From assembly GCA_050633245.1 (NCBI GenBank), contig JBOEGD010000020.1:56176-120175 (forward strand): a stretch of 64,000 nucleotides of DNA, written 5' to 3'. A program made the position numbers and the translations under genes. The first letter of the stretch is position 1. The number at the start of each line of letters is the position of its first letter. This DNA comes from Calditrichia bacterium. GTDB taxonomy: Bacteria; Calditrichota; Calditrichia; RBG-13-44-9; J075. Shown in pieces: positions 47,502-58,063 of the stretch. Under the pieces are notes generated by a model that was not told the DNA's origin, did no database searches, and saw only the letters and a list, made by a program, of their open reading frames with translations.

Positions 47502-50500
47502 CTATATAAGATTTACGCGTAACGTAATGGTCAATCCACTATTACTTTCCACCTCCAACTCACCTCGAATGCGTTTTGCGCGCATTTTCATATTTTGCAT
47601 ACCATGACCACTCCGCCGTACGTTTTCTTGCACGCCAATTCCGTTGTCGTGAATTGCCATTAGCAGTTTACCTGCTCTTTCTGATAGCGAAATACGAACC
47701 GAAGAGGCATCGGAGTGCTTTGCGGTGTTGGTTACCGCCTCTTTAAAAATTAAATAGAGATTCTGTCGGGTATTCAGCGGCAATTTTCGCTGCATAGGAA
47801 CGTCACTTACGTCGAAACGATAATCAATGTTTGTTGCAGAAAAGAGGCTGGTTGCATAATCGCGCATGCGATCGAGCAGGTCTTCCATGGTATCGTTTCG
47901 CGCATCAATAGACCAAACGATGTCGCTCATTGTAACTACCAATTCGCGGCTTTTTGAGCCGATTAAATCCAAAAGTTGATTGCGTTCTTCTGGGTCTGTA
48001 CCGCTTCGTATAAGATCTGAATAAAGTGAAATCTTGGTCAGCGTTGCTCCGACATCATCATGTAAATCGCTGGCGATGCGTACCCGCATGCGCTCCAGTT
48101 CCAGTAATTTCATGACGCGATATCGGTATAACATTCCCAAGAGGCCGGCCAACAATAGAAATCCCAAAATTCGAAACCACCACGTTTCCCAATATGGAGG
48201 GGTTACGAGAATGCGGATAGAAGATGGTGTCGTACTCCAAATACCGTCATTGTTACTACCCTTCACCAGAAACTCGTAATCGCCAGCAGGAAGGTTGCGG
48301 TAGGTTGCCGTTCGATCGTTTCCATTTTCAATCCAATCTTCATCGTATCCTACCATTTTGTAGGCGTAGTGGTTGACTTTGGAGTTTGTGAAATCAAGTG
48401 CAGCAAATTCAAACGAAATCAGTCTGTCATCGTAAGCCAGGCGAATCTCTGATGTGTTATTCAATGCAAGCCCCGTAAGCTCGGTGCGGCCAACCCGCTT
48501 AAACGCTGTAAAAACAGCATGCGGTGGATATGGATTGTCGATGACGACTTCCGGATTGAAGCGTATTAGTCCATTTTGACTACCAAAAACCAGTTCGCCG
48601 GATTCCAGCTTATCCGCAGAGCCCTGAACAAAGTTTACAGTTTGCAAGCCGTCATTGAAGTTGTAATTTCTAAATGTTTGTGTTTTTGGGTTATAGCAGC
48701 AAATGCCATCATCGGTGGCAATCCAAATTTTACCCGCGCTATCCTTTTGGATCGCGGAGATATAATTGTCTGGCAGGCCATCGCGAACATAAAAATTTTT
48801 AAAAGCTGCATCATTTTCCGACGCGGCTAAATCAAGAATGCTGAGGCCATTAGAGGTGGCAATCCAAAGTGTGTTATCAGATTCATAAATGAAGTTTATA
48901 GCATTATTGCTGATAGAGCTTTGTTTGAGAGGGTCGTGGGTAAACTGGTGAAGATTTTTATTCTTTCTGTCAAGTTTGTATAAACCTTCAATCGTACCTA
49001 TCCAAATATACCCAAACGAATCCTCTGCAATGTGTCCGACGATGGTTTCAATTTTTGGTGCGTCCTCTGCATCCCAAAGAAGGTGCGTAAAGCGTCCATC
49101 TGGCAGTCTTCTCTCCAGTCCGTTGCCTAGTCCAAGCCAGAGTGTACCGCGAGAATCTCCCAGCATAGATTGAATTCGGGAGTCCGGTTGAACGTCTGGC
49201 TCGCGGTATTTGCGCTGTAGGCGCTTGAATTTCTGTGCTTTTTCATCGAATTGAAATAACCCGCCACCGAAGGTAGAAAGGAAAAGCTCGTCGTTGATGG
49301 TGCGTTCGATATCGTTAACGTACCCATCCTGGCTTTTCGGGTTGTTGTGTTTTACTTCGTAGAACGTGAACCGCCCGTTTTTATCCCAGCGATCTATGCC
49401 GCGATTATTTCCAATCCATACATCTCCATTTTTGTCGCCGAAAACAGAGCTTACATAATTATGGGAAATGGAATTCTTATCGTATGGGTTAAGCTTGACG
49501 TGGTTAAACTTCTGCGGTTTTAGATCGAGATAGTTTACCCCGCGATTGGATAATACCCACAGGTTCTCGGAACGATCTATCATTAGGCTACGATTTAGAT
49601 TGTCCGCAAGGCTGGTAGGATTTGTCGCAATGTTTTGATAGCGAGTAAACGTTTCGGTTTGCGGATTGAAAAAGTTGATACCATCTCCCAAAGTAGCTAT
49701 CCAGTAGCCGTTTTTGTGTTCAATAATATCATAAACCTTGTTTCCACTAATCGTCGTTGGATCGTTCGGAGAATATTTATAATGTTTAAAGGTTTTCGTA
49801 GCCGGATTGTATCTGTTCAAGCCGCCACGATAGGTGCCGATCCAAAGAATGCCTTGACTGTCCTCTTTTAGCATGACCACATAGTTTGAACTCAGGCTAT
49901 TGGGATCGGATTTATCCTGTTGAAAAACCACAAGCGAATCTGAACCGGCTGGTTTACAGAAAAACCCTTTACCGATAGTGCCAATCCACAAATTGCCGTG
50001 TTTGTCAACTGTTAGGGCGCTTATGCGAATTGCTTTACCGTCTTGCCATTGTGGATTAATCGGTTTAAAATATCCGAAATCGGGATGTATATCGCGTTTG
50101 TCGGCCGTTAGGAAACGAATGCTCGTGGACGTGCCAACCCAAATTGTGCCATCCTTATCCTCGACGATAGACCAGATGTCGTCTTCGCCGGTCGACTCGC
50201 TTTTGTTTTTTCCCAGTCGGATTCGTTCGAAAACTTCGCGTTGGCTGCCCGTTTGTGGATTCGTTGCAATTTTGAGCCGATTTAATCCGTTGCCGGTTCC
50301 GATCCACATGGTCCCATCAGAAGATTGATACAAGCGTCGCACGTGATTGTTGGAAAGAGAAAGACTGTCTCCGGGGATGTTTTTATAAACCGTAACCGAA
50401 TATCCGTCATAGCGGTTTAAACCAGACATCGTTCCGATCCAAATATAGCCATCCCGATCCTGGAGTATAGATCGCGTAAGCGTACTCGAAAGCCCCTCTC

Positions 50501-50618
50501 TGTTTGCGAGTAGTTTGAAGTCGCGACTCTGGGTACGTGCCTCTTGAGTGAGCAGGATGCACAGAACTGTTAGCAGGACAATCCTGGTGGTAGGAATTCG
50601 TTTTTTTCGGGCATACAT
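47502..50618 (-). CDS. sensor histidine kinase with Reg_prop beta-propellers, Y_Y_Y, HisKA_3 and HATPase domains
   Basis: Repeated 'D..G.LWIGT..GL', 'PPYWETWWF', 'RIASDLHDDVGATL', 'KEAVTN..KHS', 'DNGIG'. Confidence 0.93.
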   Translation of the reverse strand: MYARKKRIPTTRIVLLTVLCILLTQEARTQSRDFKLLANREGLSSTLTRSILQDRDGYIWIGTMSGLNRYDGYSVTVYKNIPGDSLSLSNNHVRRLYQSSDGTMWIGTGNGLNRLKIATNPQTGSQREVFERIRLGKNKSESTGEDDIWSIVEDKDGTIWVGTSTSIRFLTADKRDIHPDFGYFKPINPQWQDGKAIRISALTVDKHGNLWIGTIGKGFFCKPAGSDSLVVFQQDKSDPNSLSSNYVVMLKEDSQGILWIGTYRGGLNRYNPATKTFKHYKYSPNDPTTISGNKVYDIIEHKNGYWIATLGDGINFFNPQTETFTRYQNIATNPTSLADNLNRSLMIDRSENLWVLSNRGVNYLDLKPQKFNHVKLNPYDKNSISHNYVSSVFGDKNGDVWIGNNRGIDRWDKNGRFTFYEVKHNNPKSQDGYVNDIERTINDELFLSTFGGGLFQFDEKAQKFKRLQRKYREPDVQPDSRIQSMLGDSRGTLWLGLGNGLERRLPDGRFTHLLWDAEDAPKIETIVGHIAEDSFGYIWIGTIEGLYKLDRKNKNLHQFTHDPLKQSSISNNAINFIYESDNTLWIATSNGLSILDLAASENDAAFKNFYVRDGLPDNYISAIQKDSAGKIWIATDDGICCYNPKTQTFRNYNFNDGLQTVNFVQGSADKLESGELVFGSQNGLIRFNPEVVIDNPYPPHAVFTAFKRVGRTELTGLALNNTSEIRLAYDDRLISFEFAALDFTNSKVNHYAYKMVGYDEDWIENGNDRTATYRNLPAGDYEFLVKGSNNDGIWSTTPSSIRILVTPPYWETWWFRILGFLLLAGLLGMLYRYRVMKLLELERMRVRIASDLHDDVGATLTKISLYSDLIRSGTDPEERNQLLDLIGSKSRELVVTMSDIVWSIDARNDTMEDLLDRMRDYATSLFSATNIDYRFDVSDVPMQRKLPLNTRQNLYLIFKEAVTNTAKHSDASSVRISLSERAGKLLMAIHDNGIGVQENVRRSGHGMQNMKMRAKRIRGELEVESNSGLTITLRVNLI

Positions 50619-50892
50619 TTTCACCCTGAACCTCCGATGGCAGGTCAATGTTCATTTTGGGGAAAAGGCCAGATCGCCGACAGAAATAGATTGGGGAGTG
50701 CTGTGCCGACGAATTACCTTATAATCTAAAGCCTGTCATGAGAGTTGTCTAGTAATTTTATTGCTTTTTACTGAAATAGAAGCACTTTTGGTTTTTGAAA
50801 ATCGTTTTCATTGCGTATTATTTTAGAACGATATGTTTAGTCATACTTACAGGCTGTATACTAACTCTTCTGGGAAGAAAAGTGAGATTGAT

Positions 50893-51603
50893 ATGCAACA
50901 GATTTTAGTTATTGAAGATGATCCGGATATTGGTCAGCTGGTAGAAATGCACCTAACTGAGTCGGGATATGAAGTGCATCGTGCATTGGATGGTCAGACC
51001 GGTTTGGAAAAAGCACTTGAGGGCAACTATTCGTTGATTATCCTCGATGTTATGTTACCACGCCTGGATGGTCTGGAGGTGTGTAAGCAGATTCGTGCAG
51101 AAAAGAAAAGTTTGCCAATTCTTATGCTTACCTCCCGCTCAGAGGAATTTGATAAAGTGCTTGGCCTGGAACTTGGTGCCGATGATTATGTTACCAAACC
51201 GTTCAGTCTGCGCGAGTTAATGGCTCGCGTAAAAGCCATGATTCGCCGAGTAAATGCGGTGAAGGAGGAAAGCACAGATGATGCCCCCTCCGAGCTGTCG
51301 TTTGACGGCTTAACCATAAATATGGAAAAACGGAAGGTGACCGTATCCGGCAAAGTGGTTGAGCTGACGGCTAAGGAGTTTGATTTGCTGGCCCTCTTTG
51401 CACAAAACCCGGGACGCGCCTACAGTCGTCAGGAACTTCTGGATATTGTGTGGGGTTATCACTTCGATGGCTATGATCACACCGTGAACTCGCACATCAA
51501 TAGACTACGTGGCAAGGTGGAGGAAGATGCTGCAGAGCCCCGCTATATTAAAACGGTCTGGGGTGTCGGCTATCGCTTTGTGGAGCCGGAAGAGCTGGAT
51601 TAA
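50893..51603 (+). CDS. OmpR/PhoB family response regulator (no adjacent cognate kinase)
   Basis: 'IEDD', 'LDVMLP', 'GADDYVTKPFS', 'LTAKEFDLL', 'TVWGVGYRF'. Confidence 0.95.
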   Translation: MQQILVIEDDPDIGQLVEMHLTESGYEVHRALDGQTGLEKALEGNYSLIILDVMLPRLDGLEVCKQIRAEKKSLPILMLTSRSEEFDKVLGLELGADDYVTKPFSLRELMARVKAMIRRVNAVKEESTDDAPSELSFDGLTINMEKRKVTVSGKVVELTAKEFDLLALFAQNPGRAYSRQELLDIVWGYHFDGYDHTVNSHINRLRGKVEEDAAEPRYIKTVWGVGYRFVEPEELD

Positions 51604-51740
51604 AGGAGTAGAGAAGATGCTGAATAGAGGATTTTTAAAAAATTCAAAATTTTGCCTGTTTTCTCTAATAAAGACTGCTCCATTCTGACAATGCTCCAGT
51701 GTGTGAATAAAAATACTTTCCAAAATTTAGTTCTTTTTCG

Positions 51741-51771
51741 AAATGGAGCAGTTTTCAAAACTGCTCCATTT
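51741..51771. repeat. perfect palindrome, with a half copy at 51671-51684
   Basis: aaatggagcagtttt-c-aaaactgctccattt; partial aagactgctccatt. Confidence 0.75.
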
Positions 51772-51804
51772 ATCTAACAAAAAGCCGTGAAAGCAAGTTC
51801 TCCA

Positions 51805-52983
51805 ATGCGATACACTACCATTGTTCTTTTCCTGATAACCTCACTGGTAAATCTTTATGCTTTCCAACCAGACTCACTCTCAGAAAAGTCTGAAGTTTCG
51901 TTGCTGACAATTTCTCCGGGGAATGAACTCTACATGAGTTTTGGGCACAGTGCTGTGCGTATTAAAGATCCGGCAAGTGGACTCGATAGAATTTACAATT
52001 ACGGTACTTTTAGTTTTGATGAACCCGGCTTTTATTTAAAGTTCTGCCAGGGTAAACTGGATTACATCCTTTCAGCCTATCCGTATAAATATGCATATAT
52101 TTTATATACCCGCGAACAGCGAAAGATGGTTGAACAGACGTTCGCCCTCACCCTGGATATGCGTCAGGCAGTTTACGAGGCGCTCGAAACAAATCATTTA
52201 CCGGAAAATCGTCGTTATCGCTATGACTTCTTCTTTGACAACTGTGCTACCCGAATTCTTGATATCTTCGAGAAGGCCCTTGGGCCCAATTTTAAAATTT
52301 ATGAGGCCGATGATCGAAACTTAACGTTTCGTAATTATATCGATCAATATCTTGTGCCATTTCACTGGTCCGATTTTGGAATCGATTTGGTGCTTGGCGC
52401 CAAGACGGATCATCAAGCATCTGCCCGCGAGGCAATGTTTTTGCCCGATTATCTTTATGAAGGGTTCGACAAAGCGACAATTGTTATCGACGAAAAAGAA
52501 ATCCCTTTCGTTAGTAGCCGAAAAGTAATTATCGATTATCCGCCGGTTACGCCTGCCTCATATCATATGCCATGGCTGGTAACGATTGCGATTTTGCTTA
52601 TAGCAGGACTGGTGACGTTCCTGAATCGAACATCTGCAAGAATGAATTGGATTGCCGTTCTTTATGATAGCCTGCTTTTTGGCGTGATGGGAATTCTGGG
52701 AGTTGTAATCGCACTACTTTGGTTTGCAACAGATCATAAGGTGACTCCGGCAAACTATAATATTTTATGGATCTGGCCAACACATCTTTTCATTCTCCCC
52801 TTTTTATTGCGAAAACAGCTGGCCGCATGGCTTGGTGGTTACCTGAAGGTCTATCTGGCTTTTCTTGCTATTGTTCTACTCGGCTGGTTTTTTATTCCAC
52901 AACAGCTTCATCCTGCAATCATTCCGCTCGTTCTTGCACTTGGATTGCGTTCGTGGTCGCGCCTTTCTCCTGCGCTGCGCTAA
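51805..52983 (+). CDS. DUF4105 / Lnb-type lipoprotein N-acyltransferase candidate
   Basis: 'FGHSAVR', 'YNYGTF', 'YRYDFFFDNCAT', 'MFLP', 5 C-terminal TMs. Confidence 0.8.
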   Translation: MRYTTIVLFLITSLVNLYAFQPDSLSEKSEVSLLTISPGNELYMSFGHSAVRIKDPASGLDRIYNYGTFSFDEPGFYLKFCQGKLDYILSAYPYKYAYILYTREQRKMVEQTFALTLDMRQAVYEALETNHLPENRRYRYDFFFDNCATRILDIFEKALGPNFKIYEADDRNLTFRNYIDQYLVPFHWSDFGIDLVLGAKTDHQASAREAMFLPDYLYEGFDKATIVIDEKEIPFVSSRKVIIDYPPVTPASYHMPWLVTIAILLIAGLVTFLNRTSARMNWIAVLYDSLLFGVMGILGVVIALLWFATDHKVTPANYNILWIWPTHLFILPFLLRKQLAAWLGGYLKVYLAFLAIVLLGWFFIPQQLHPAIIPLVLALGLRSWSRLSPALR

Positions 52984-53070
52984 CCCAAGCTACGATATTA
53001 CCTTCTGCCATCGTTTGACGTCTCTTATCTCTCGTCTTTTGTCTGTCGTTTAATTTTTTTTCTTCTCCTT

Positions 53071-53100
53071 GTAAACCTTTTTCGAATACGACGTGTCTTA
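53071..53100 (+). promoter_or_regulatory. ECF-type promoter GTAAACC-N17-GTCTTA
   Basis: Identical boxes and spacing recur at 62847-62876 (-). Confidence 0.55.
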
Positions 53101-53188
53101 TGATCGTAAGCAGTATTTAAAAACCAGTTCGGTTGTGTAGGGTACTGCCCACTTACCCAACGTTAACGTCAAAAAAGAGGAATGTGAG

Positions 53189-55822
53189 ATGAGAACACTA
53201 CCGGTTCTTTTGGTATGTTTTTGCGTGATTGCAAGCGTCATGGGGCAGGAGGATATTAAGAAGACATATACCACCGGTCGCTTAATGAGTGAGGTCATTG
53301 AAGTGGACGGTATGGTGAAAGATGCAGCATGGGATGCCGTAGCCTGGGGAGGTGGCGATTTTGTTGTCAGACAACCCAATGAAGGCGAAGCCCCGACTGA
53401 GCAAACCTATTTCAAAATTTTGTACGATGACCAGAACCTTTACATTGCGGTTCGCTGTTTGGATGCCGAGCCGGATAAGGTTGTTCGTCGTATGTCTCGT
53501 CGCGATGGTTTTGAAGGCGATTGGGTTGAGGTAAATATCGATAGCTACTACGATAAACAAACGGCATTTTCCTTTACTATCAATGCGGCCGGTGTTCGCG
53601 GAGACGAGTTTATTTCCGAAAATGGTAACAACTGGGATTCCAGCTGGGACCCGATCTGGTTTGCAGAGTCGCAAATTGTAGATGATGGATGGACCACAGA
53701 AATGCGTATCCCGCTTAGCCAGCTTCGCTTTGGTGAAAAAGAAGAGCAGGTATGGGGAATGCAGTTTACCCGTCGCTATTTTCGTAAAAATGAGCGGTCG
53801 ACCTGGCAGGAAATTCCACAGAACTCTCCGGGCTGGGTACATCTATTCGGAGAATTACACGGGATAAAAGGAATTAAACCGGGACGGCAGATTGAACTCT
53901 TGCCCTATACAGTAGGCAAAAATTTGCGACTTCCGGCTGACCCGAATAATCCATTTGTTACTGGTAACGACTATAAGCTAACCGCCGGGTTGGATGGAAA
54001 GATTGGCCTGACCAGCGATCTAACTCTCGACTTTACGATTAATCCGGACTTTGGACAGGTAGAAGCTGATCCATCTGAGGTGAATTTGACTGCCTTCGAA
54101 TCATTCTTTAGTGAACGTCGACCATTCTTTGTCGCCGGGCGTAATATTCTCGATTACCGCGTTACCTCTGCAGCTTGGGGAGGAAGCTATTCTCGTGACA
54201 ATCTATTTTACTCCAGACGTATTGGCCGTAGTCCACGCTTTTACCCTGATACCGACGATAATGCTTTTGTCGATCAGCCCGTGAACGCATCTATTTTGGG
54301 GGCGTTGAAAGTTACCGGTAAAACCAAAAGTGGATGGTCAATAGGTATTTTGGAAAGCATGACATCTGAGGAAAAGGCTGAAATTGACCTGGATGGTGTG
54401 CGCTCGAAAGAAGTTGTTGAGCCGCTTACAAATTATTTTGCCAGTCGCCTTGAAAAAGATATGGATGATGGTAATCGCATCGTCGGCGCAATCTTTACCG
54501 CGACAAATCGCAAGATTGACGAAAGTGCGCTCAACTTTTTACATACAGCGGCTTACTCTGGTGGACTCAACTTTACTCAGAATTTCAGAGATCGAAAGTA
54601 TTACTTTGATACCAACCTGATAATGAGCCGCGTCGAAGGTGACGAAGAAGCACTGTCTGAAACACAGCAGTCATCCCGTCGCTATTTCCAGCGCTCGGAT
54701 GCGACTCACCTGACGTTCGATTCTACGCGCACATCCCTCAGCGGACATGGTGGAACGCTTAAGTTTGGCCGTAGCGGTAACTTTCGTTTTCAATCCGGCG
54801 TCACCTGGCGCTCTCCAGGTTTAGAATTAAATGACCTCGGGTTTCAGCGCGCTGCTGATGAAATAAACGAATGGACCTGGATCAGTTATGTCATTTCAAA
54901 GCCGTTCTCTATTTTTAACCGAATTCAATTCAATTCAAATACGAAGAGTACGTGGGATTTCAATCGTAAAAACCTTGGGAACCTGGTGAATTATAATAGT
55001 AATCTCCAGTTTAAGAATCAGTGGAACATGGGGTATGGTATAACGCATGAGTTCGAAGGTTTTTCCAAGAGTGCCTTACGCGGTGGACCGCTGCTGCGAA
55101 CAGTAACAGAGACTTCAGCCAACTTTTGGGTCAATACCGACCAGCGGAAGAAAGTTCGCCTTAATTTTGGTGGCTGGAACCTATGGGGAGGCGATGATAG
55201 TGCTCGCATGAAAGATTATTGGGCCTGGATATCGATACGGCCGAGTGAGGCGATGTCCTTATCCGTAAACCCATCCTTCTTCCAGCGTGAGGACGAGTTG
55301 CAATACGTTTCCACATCTGAATTTGGTGCTGATGATCGCTATGTCTTTGCCCAAATAGATCAGAAGACGGTCAGTCTTACGCTACGGCTTAACTATAGCG
55401 TAACGCCTGAGTTGTCTATAGAATACTATGGTTCGCCGTTTATTTCTGCTGGAAAATACAGCGATTTTAAACAAGTTGTTAATCCAGCCGAACGCGAGTT
55501 CGATAAACGCTTCGTTATGTATGACGATCAGCAACTCGTCTACAATGAAGCAAATGAGGAGTATGATATTGATGAAAACCGCGATGGTCAAGTGGACTAT
55601 TCCATTGGCGATCCGGATTTCAACTTTCGCGCATTCAACTCGAACCTTGTGGTGCGATGGGAATACATCGCGGGCTCTACATTGTTTCTGGTATGGTCGC
55701 AAGGCCGGGTCGATAATGGCCCCGATGGAAATTTCCGATTCCGAAATGACCTGGATGGACTCTTCAGCAAAACCGGCAATAATGTTTTTCTTATTAAGGC
55801 TAGCCGCTGGTTCTCTTTATAG
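53189..55822 (+). CDS. CBM9-like + DUF5916 outer-membrane protein
   Basis: 'GWTTEMRIPLSQLRF', 'TINPDFGQVEAD', 'E.RPFF', 'LFYSRRIG'. Confidence 0.85.
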   Translation: MRTLPVLLVCFCVIASVMGQEDIKKTYTTGRLMSEVIEVDGMVKDAAWDAVAWGGGDFVVRQPNEGEAPTEQTYFKILYDDQNLYIAVRCLDAEPDKVVRRMSRRDGFEGDWVEVNIDSYYDKQTAFSFTINAAGVRGDEFISENGNNWDSSWDPIWFAESQIVDDGWTTEMRIPLSQLRFGEKEEQVWGMQFTRRYFRKNERSTWQEIPQNSPGWVHLFGELHGIKGIKPGRQIELLPYTVGKNLRLPADPNNPFVTGNDYKLTAGLDGKIGLTSDLTLDFTINPDFGQVEADPSEVNLTAFESFFSERRPFFVAGRNILDYRVTSAAWGGSYSRDNLFYSRRIGRSPRFYPDTDDNAFVDQPVNASILGALKVTGKTKSGWSIGILESMTSEEKAEIDLDGVRSKEVVEPLTNYFASRLEKDMDDGNRIVGAIFTATNRKIDESALNFLHTAAYSGGLNFTQNFRDRKYYFDTNLIMSRVEGDEEALSETQQSSRRYFQRSDATHLTFDSTRTSLSGHGGTLKFGRSGNFRFQSGVTWRSPGLELNDLGFQRAADEINEWTWISYVISKPFSIFNRIQFNSNTKSTWDFNRKNLGNLVNYNSNLQFKNQWNMGYGITHEFEGFSKSALRGGPLLRTVTETSANFWVNTDQRKKVRLNFGGWNLWGGDDSARMKDYWAWISIRPSEAMSLSVNPSFFQREDELQYVSTSEFGADDRYVFAQIDQKTVSLTLRLNYSVTPELSIEYYGSPFISAGKYSDFKQVVNPAEREFDKRFVMYDDQQLVYNEANEEYDIDENRDGQVDYSIGDPDFNFRAFNSNLVVRWEYIAGSTLFLVWSQGRVDNGPDGNFRFRNDLDGLFSKTGNNVFLIKASRWFSL

Positions 55823-55853
55823 CATCATCATAGACTCGAGACCAGTGTATTTT

Positions 55854-55890
55854 GCCCTGTCGACGCCACACCACGTCGATGGGGCTTTTT

Positions 55891-55891
<1 letters not shown>
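55854..55891 (+). terminator. intrinsic terminator
   Basis: gccctgtcgacg...cgtcgatggggc-tttttt. Confidence 0.75.
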
Positions 55892-55953
<62 letters not shown>

Positions 55954-56048
55954 TGGTAAATGTTCATTTTAAAGCTATTATTTAAATTGTATATCTCTGA
56001 TAAAAGTGAGACATTTTTCTGTCGTCTGTCACTCAAAAGGAGAAAAGC

Positions 56049-56735
56049 ATGTCTACCGGTAAACCACTGCTCGGAATAAAAGCCTGCGTATTTGATGCCT
56101 ATGGTACTTTATTCGATGTACATGCTGCAATTACTCCGTATCGAGCAGCTCTTGGAGAAAAAGCCGATGCTGTTTCGGCAACCTGGCGGCAAAAGCAGCT
56201 TGAATATACCTGGTTGCGCTCGCTGATGGGGACTCATGCAGACTTTTGGCAGGTAACTTCTGAGGCCCTTGAATTTGCATGCTCGAAGCATGGTATTTTA
56301 GATCAGCCGTTAAGGCAAAACTTACTCAACGCCTACCTGGCCTTGCCGTGTTATCCGGAAGTTGCTGCCACATTGAAGCAACTTCAACAATCGATACCAT
56401 GCGCAATTCTTTCAAACGGATCTCCCAAAATGCTTTCCTCTGGCGTCAAGTCTGGTGGCATCACCGATTACCTTAGCGATATTATTTCGGTAGAAGAAAT
56501 CGGCATCTTCAAACCCCACCCATCAGTTTATCAGTTGGCAGTAGATCGACTTCGTGTCACGGCATCTGAAATATGTTTTCTCTCCTCAAACTCGTGGGAC
56601 GTGGCCGGAGCAGCTTCGTTCGGATTTCAGGCTATCTGGATAAATCGATTTAGCCAACCATGGGAAAATCTTCCGCAGCAGCCACGAGCGGCGATAAAAT
56701 CCCTCGATGAATTGCTGCCGTTGATCATAAAATAG
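56049..56735 (+). CDS. L-2-haloacid dehalogenase (HAD type II)
   Basis: 'FDAYGTLFD', 'WRQKQLEYTWL', 'LSNG', 'FKPHP', 'SSNSWD'. Confidence 0.93.
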   Translation: MSTGKPLLGIKACVFDAYGTLFDVHAAITPYRAALGEKADAVSATWRQKQLEYTWLRSLMGTHADFWQVTSEALEFACSKHGILDQPLRQNLLNAYLALPCYPEVAATLKQLQQSIPCAILSNGSPKMLSSGVKSGGITDYLSDIISVEEIGIFKPHPSVYQLAVDRLRVTASEICFLSSNSWDVAGAASFGFQAIWINRFSQPWENLPQQPRAAIKSLDELLPLIIK

Positions 56736-56880
56736 AATTTCCCAATTTTTTTTGCAATAAATCCTACCCTTCCTTGTCTAAAATTCAAATGTCAGGCGAA
56801 AAACAATACAGTCTCAGATAAATTACAGACAGGTCTTTCAGGATCCTGCCTTATTTCAGTTCACTTTTAGGAGACATGAG

Positions 56881-57780
56881 ATGCGTTTTAACAAATTAAA
56901 CTTAATGTTGTTAGGTATCGTTTTGGCTTTCAATGCATGTAGCGAAACGCTTGAACCTCGTGACGATGTCTTTGACTCTACACTTGAAAGCATTGCTACG
57001 ATTGATGACGATTTAACACTGTTGAAGGATTCTGGTGAGTCGATTGACGATGCTGCAGCTGTTTTCTCACTCGGATGGAAGCAATTTATCGACTCCGAGA
57101 GCGAAGAAGCGACGGTTAGTGGTCACGCACATGCAGTTTATTTTGATGAAGAAAATGTGGTTGAGTTTCGCGGACGTACAATTTCAACAGGACAAGATAT
57201 GGGCGAAATGAAACTGGTGTTTGATGGACAATCGCTAGACATCCCCAAGCGTGAAGCGCGTAGAGGTGGTGTCGTTTATAGCTTGTTTCGCCACCGTCGT
57301 GGTGATGGCGCAGGCAGCGAACTGCCGTTCGTTCCCGGTGCTACATACTCATTTCAAGTAAGCGGGGCAGGAGACTTCGAAGCAACATCGATCGATGCCG
57401 TGGCACCTGCCGGTTTAATGGAGATTACTTCGCACGAAACCGGGGAAGCGCTGGATTTGTCTGGTGATCTAAATATCAGCTGGACAGGTGGTACAGCCGA
57501 GTCGGTTATTGTTCGGGTTGTTGCCTTTAGCAGTCGACGTACCGGTGACCGTCCAATGCGTCATCAGCGCCCTGAATCGGTTATGGCAGAGGTAACAACA
57601 AATAGTGGAAGCCATACGATAGCCGCTGCAGATTTGGCTTCGCTGGCGACAAACCTCGAAAGCGGTTCGGGCATTGCAATAATGATTTCTCAAATCAACA
57701 GCACAGACTTTACTCATAATACAGGAATTCTCCGAACATTGGTTCGCAACGGCGATCGCGTTCGCCTTGTGGTACAATAG
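56881..57780 (+). CDS. hypothetical lipoprotein
   Basis: Lipobox 'FNAC'; SD aggag. Confidence 0.75.
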   Translation: MRFNKLNLMLLGIVLAFNACSETLEPRDDVFDSTLESIATIDDDLTLLKDSGESIDDAAAVFSLGWKQFIDSESEEATVSGHAHAVYFDEENVVEFRGRTISTGQDMGEMKLVFDGQSLDIPKREARRGGVVYSLFRHRRGDGAGSELPFVPGATYSFQVSGAGDFEATSIDAVAPAGLMEITSHETGEALDLSGDLNISWTGGTAESVIVRVVAFSSRRTGDRPMRHQRPESVMAEVTTNSGSHTIAAADLASLATNLESGSGIAIMISQINSTDFTHNTGILRTLVRNGDRVRLVVQ

Positions 57781-57792
57781 GCCTCTTCCATG

Positions 57793-57847
57793 CTCTCACC
57801 GGCGGGATCATCCTCGCACGCAAACCGCCGGTGAGGGTTCTTTTTTT
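57793..57847 (+). terminator. intrinsic terminator
   Basis: ctcaccggcgg...ccgccggtgag followed by a T tract. Confidence 0.75.
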
Positions 57848-58063
57848 ACTCCCAAATAAAAAATTCAAAAAAGCCTCTTTTTTTTCTAAGTAAGTATAAC
57901 ACCGGGCAGAAACCTTTGATTGTCTGCAATATAGTCGTTTTGCTTACTGGTATGCAGGGCAACTGTATTTATGGATTTCGAGGAGATGACGGTGGTATTT
58001 TGTCGGGATTTTACTTACATTATTGGCAGTTAACATTTATATCCATAATTGGAGGCGAATAAA

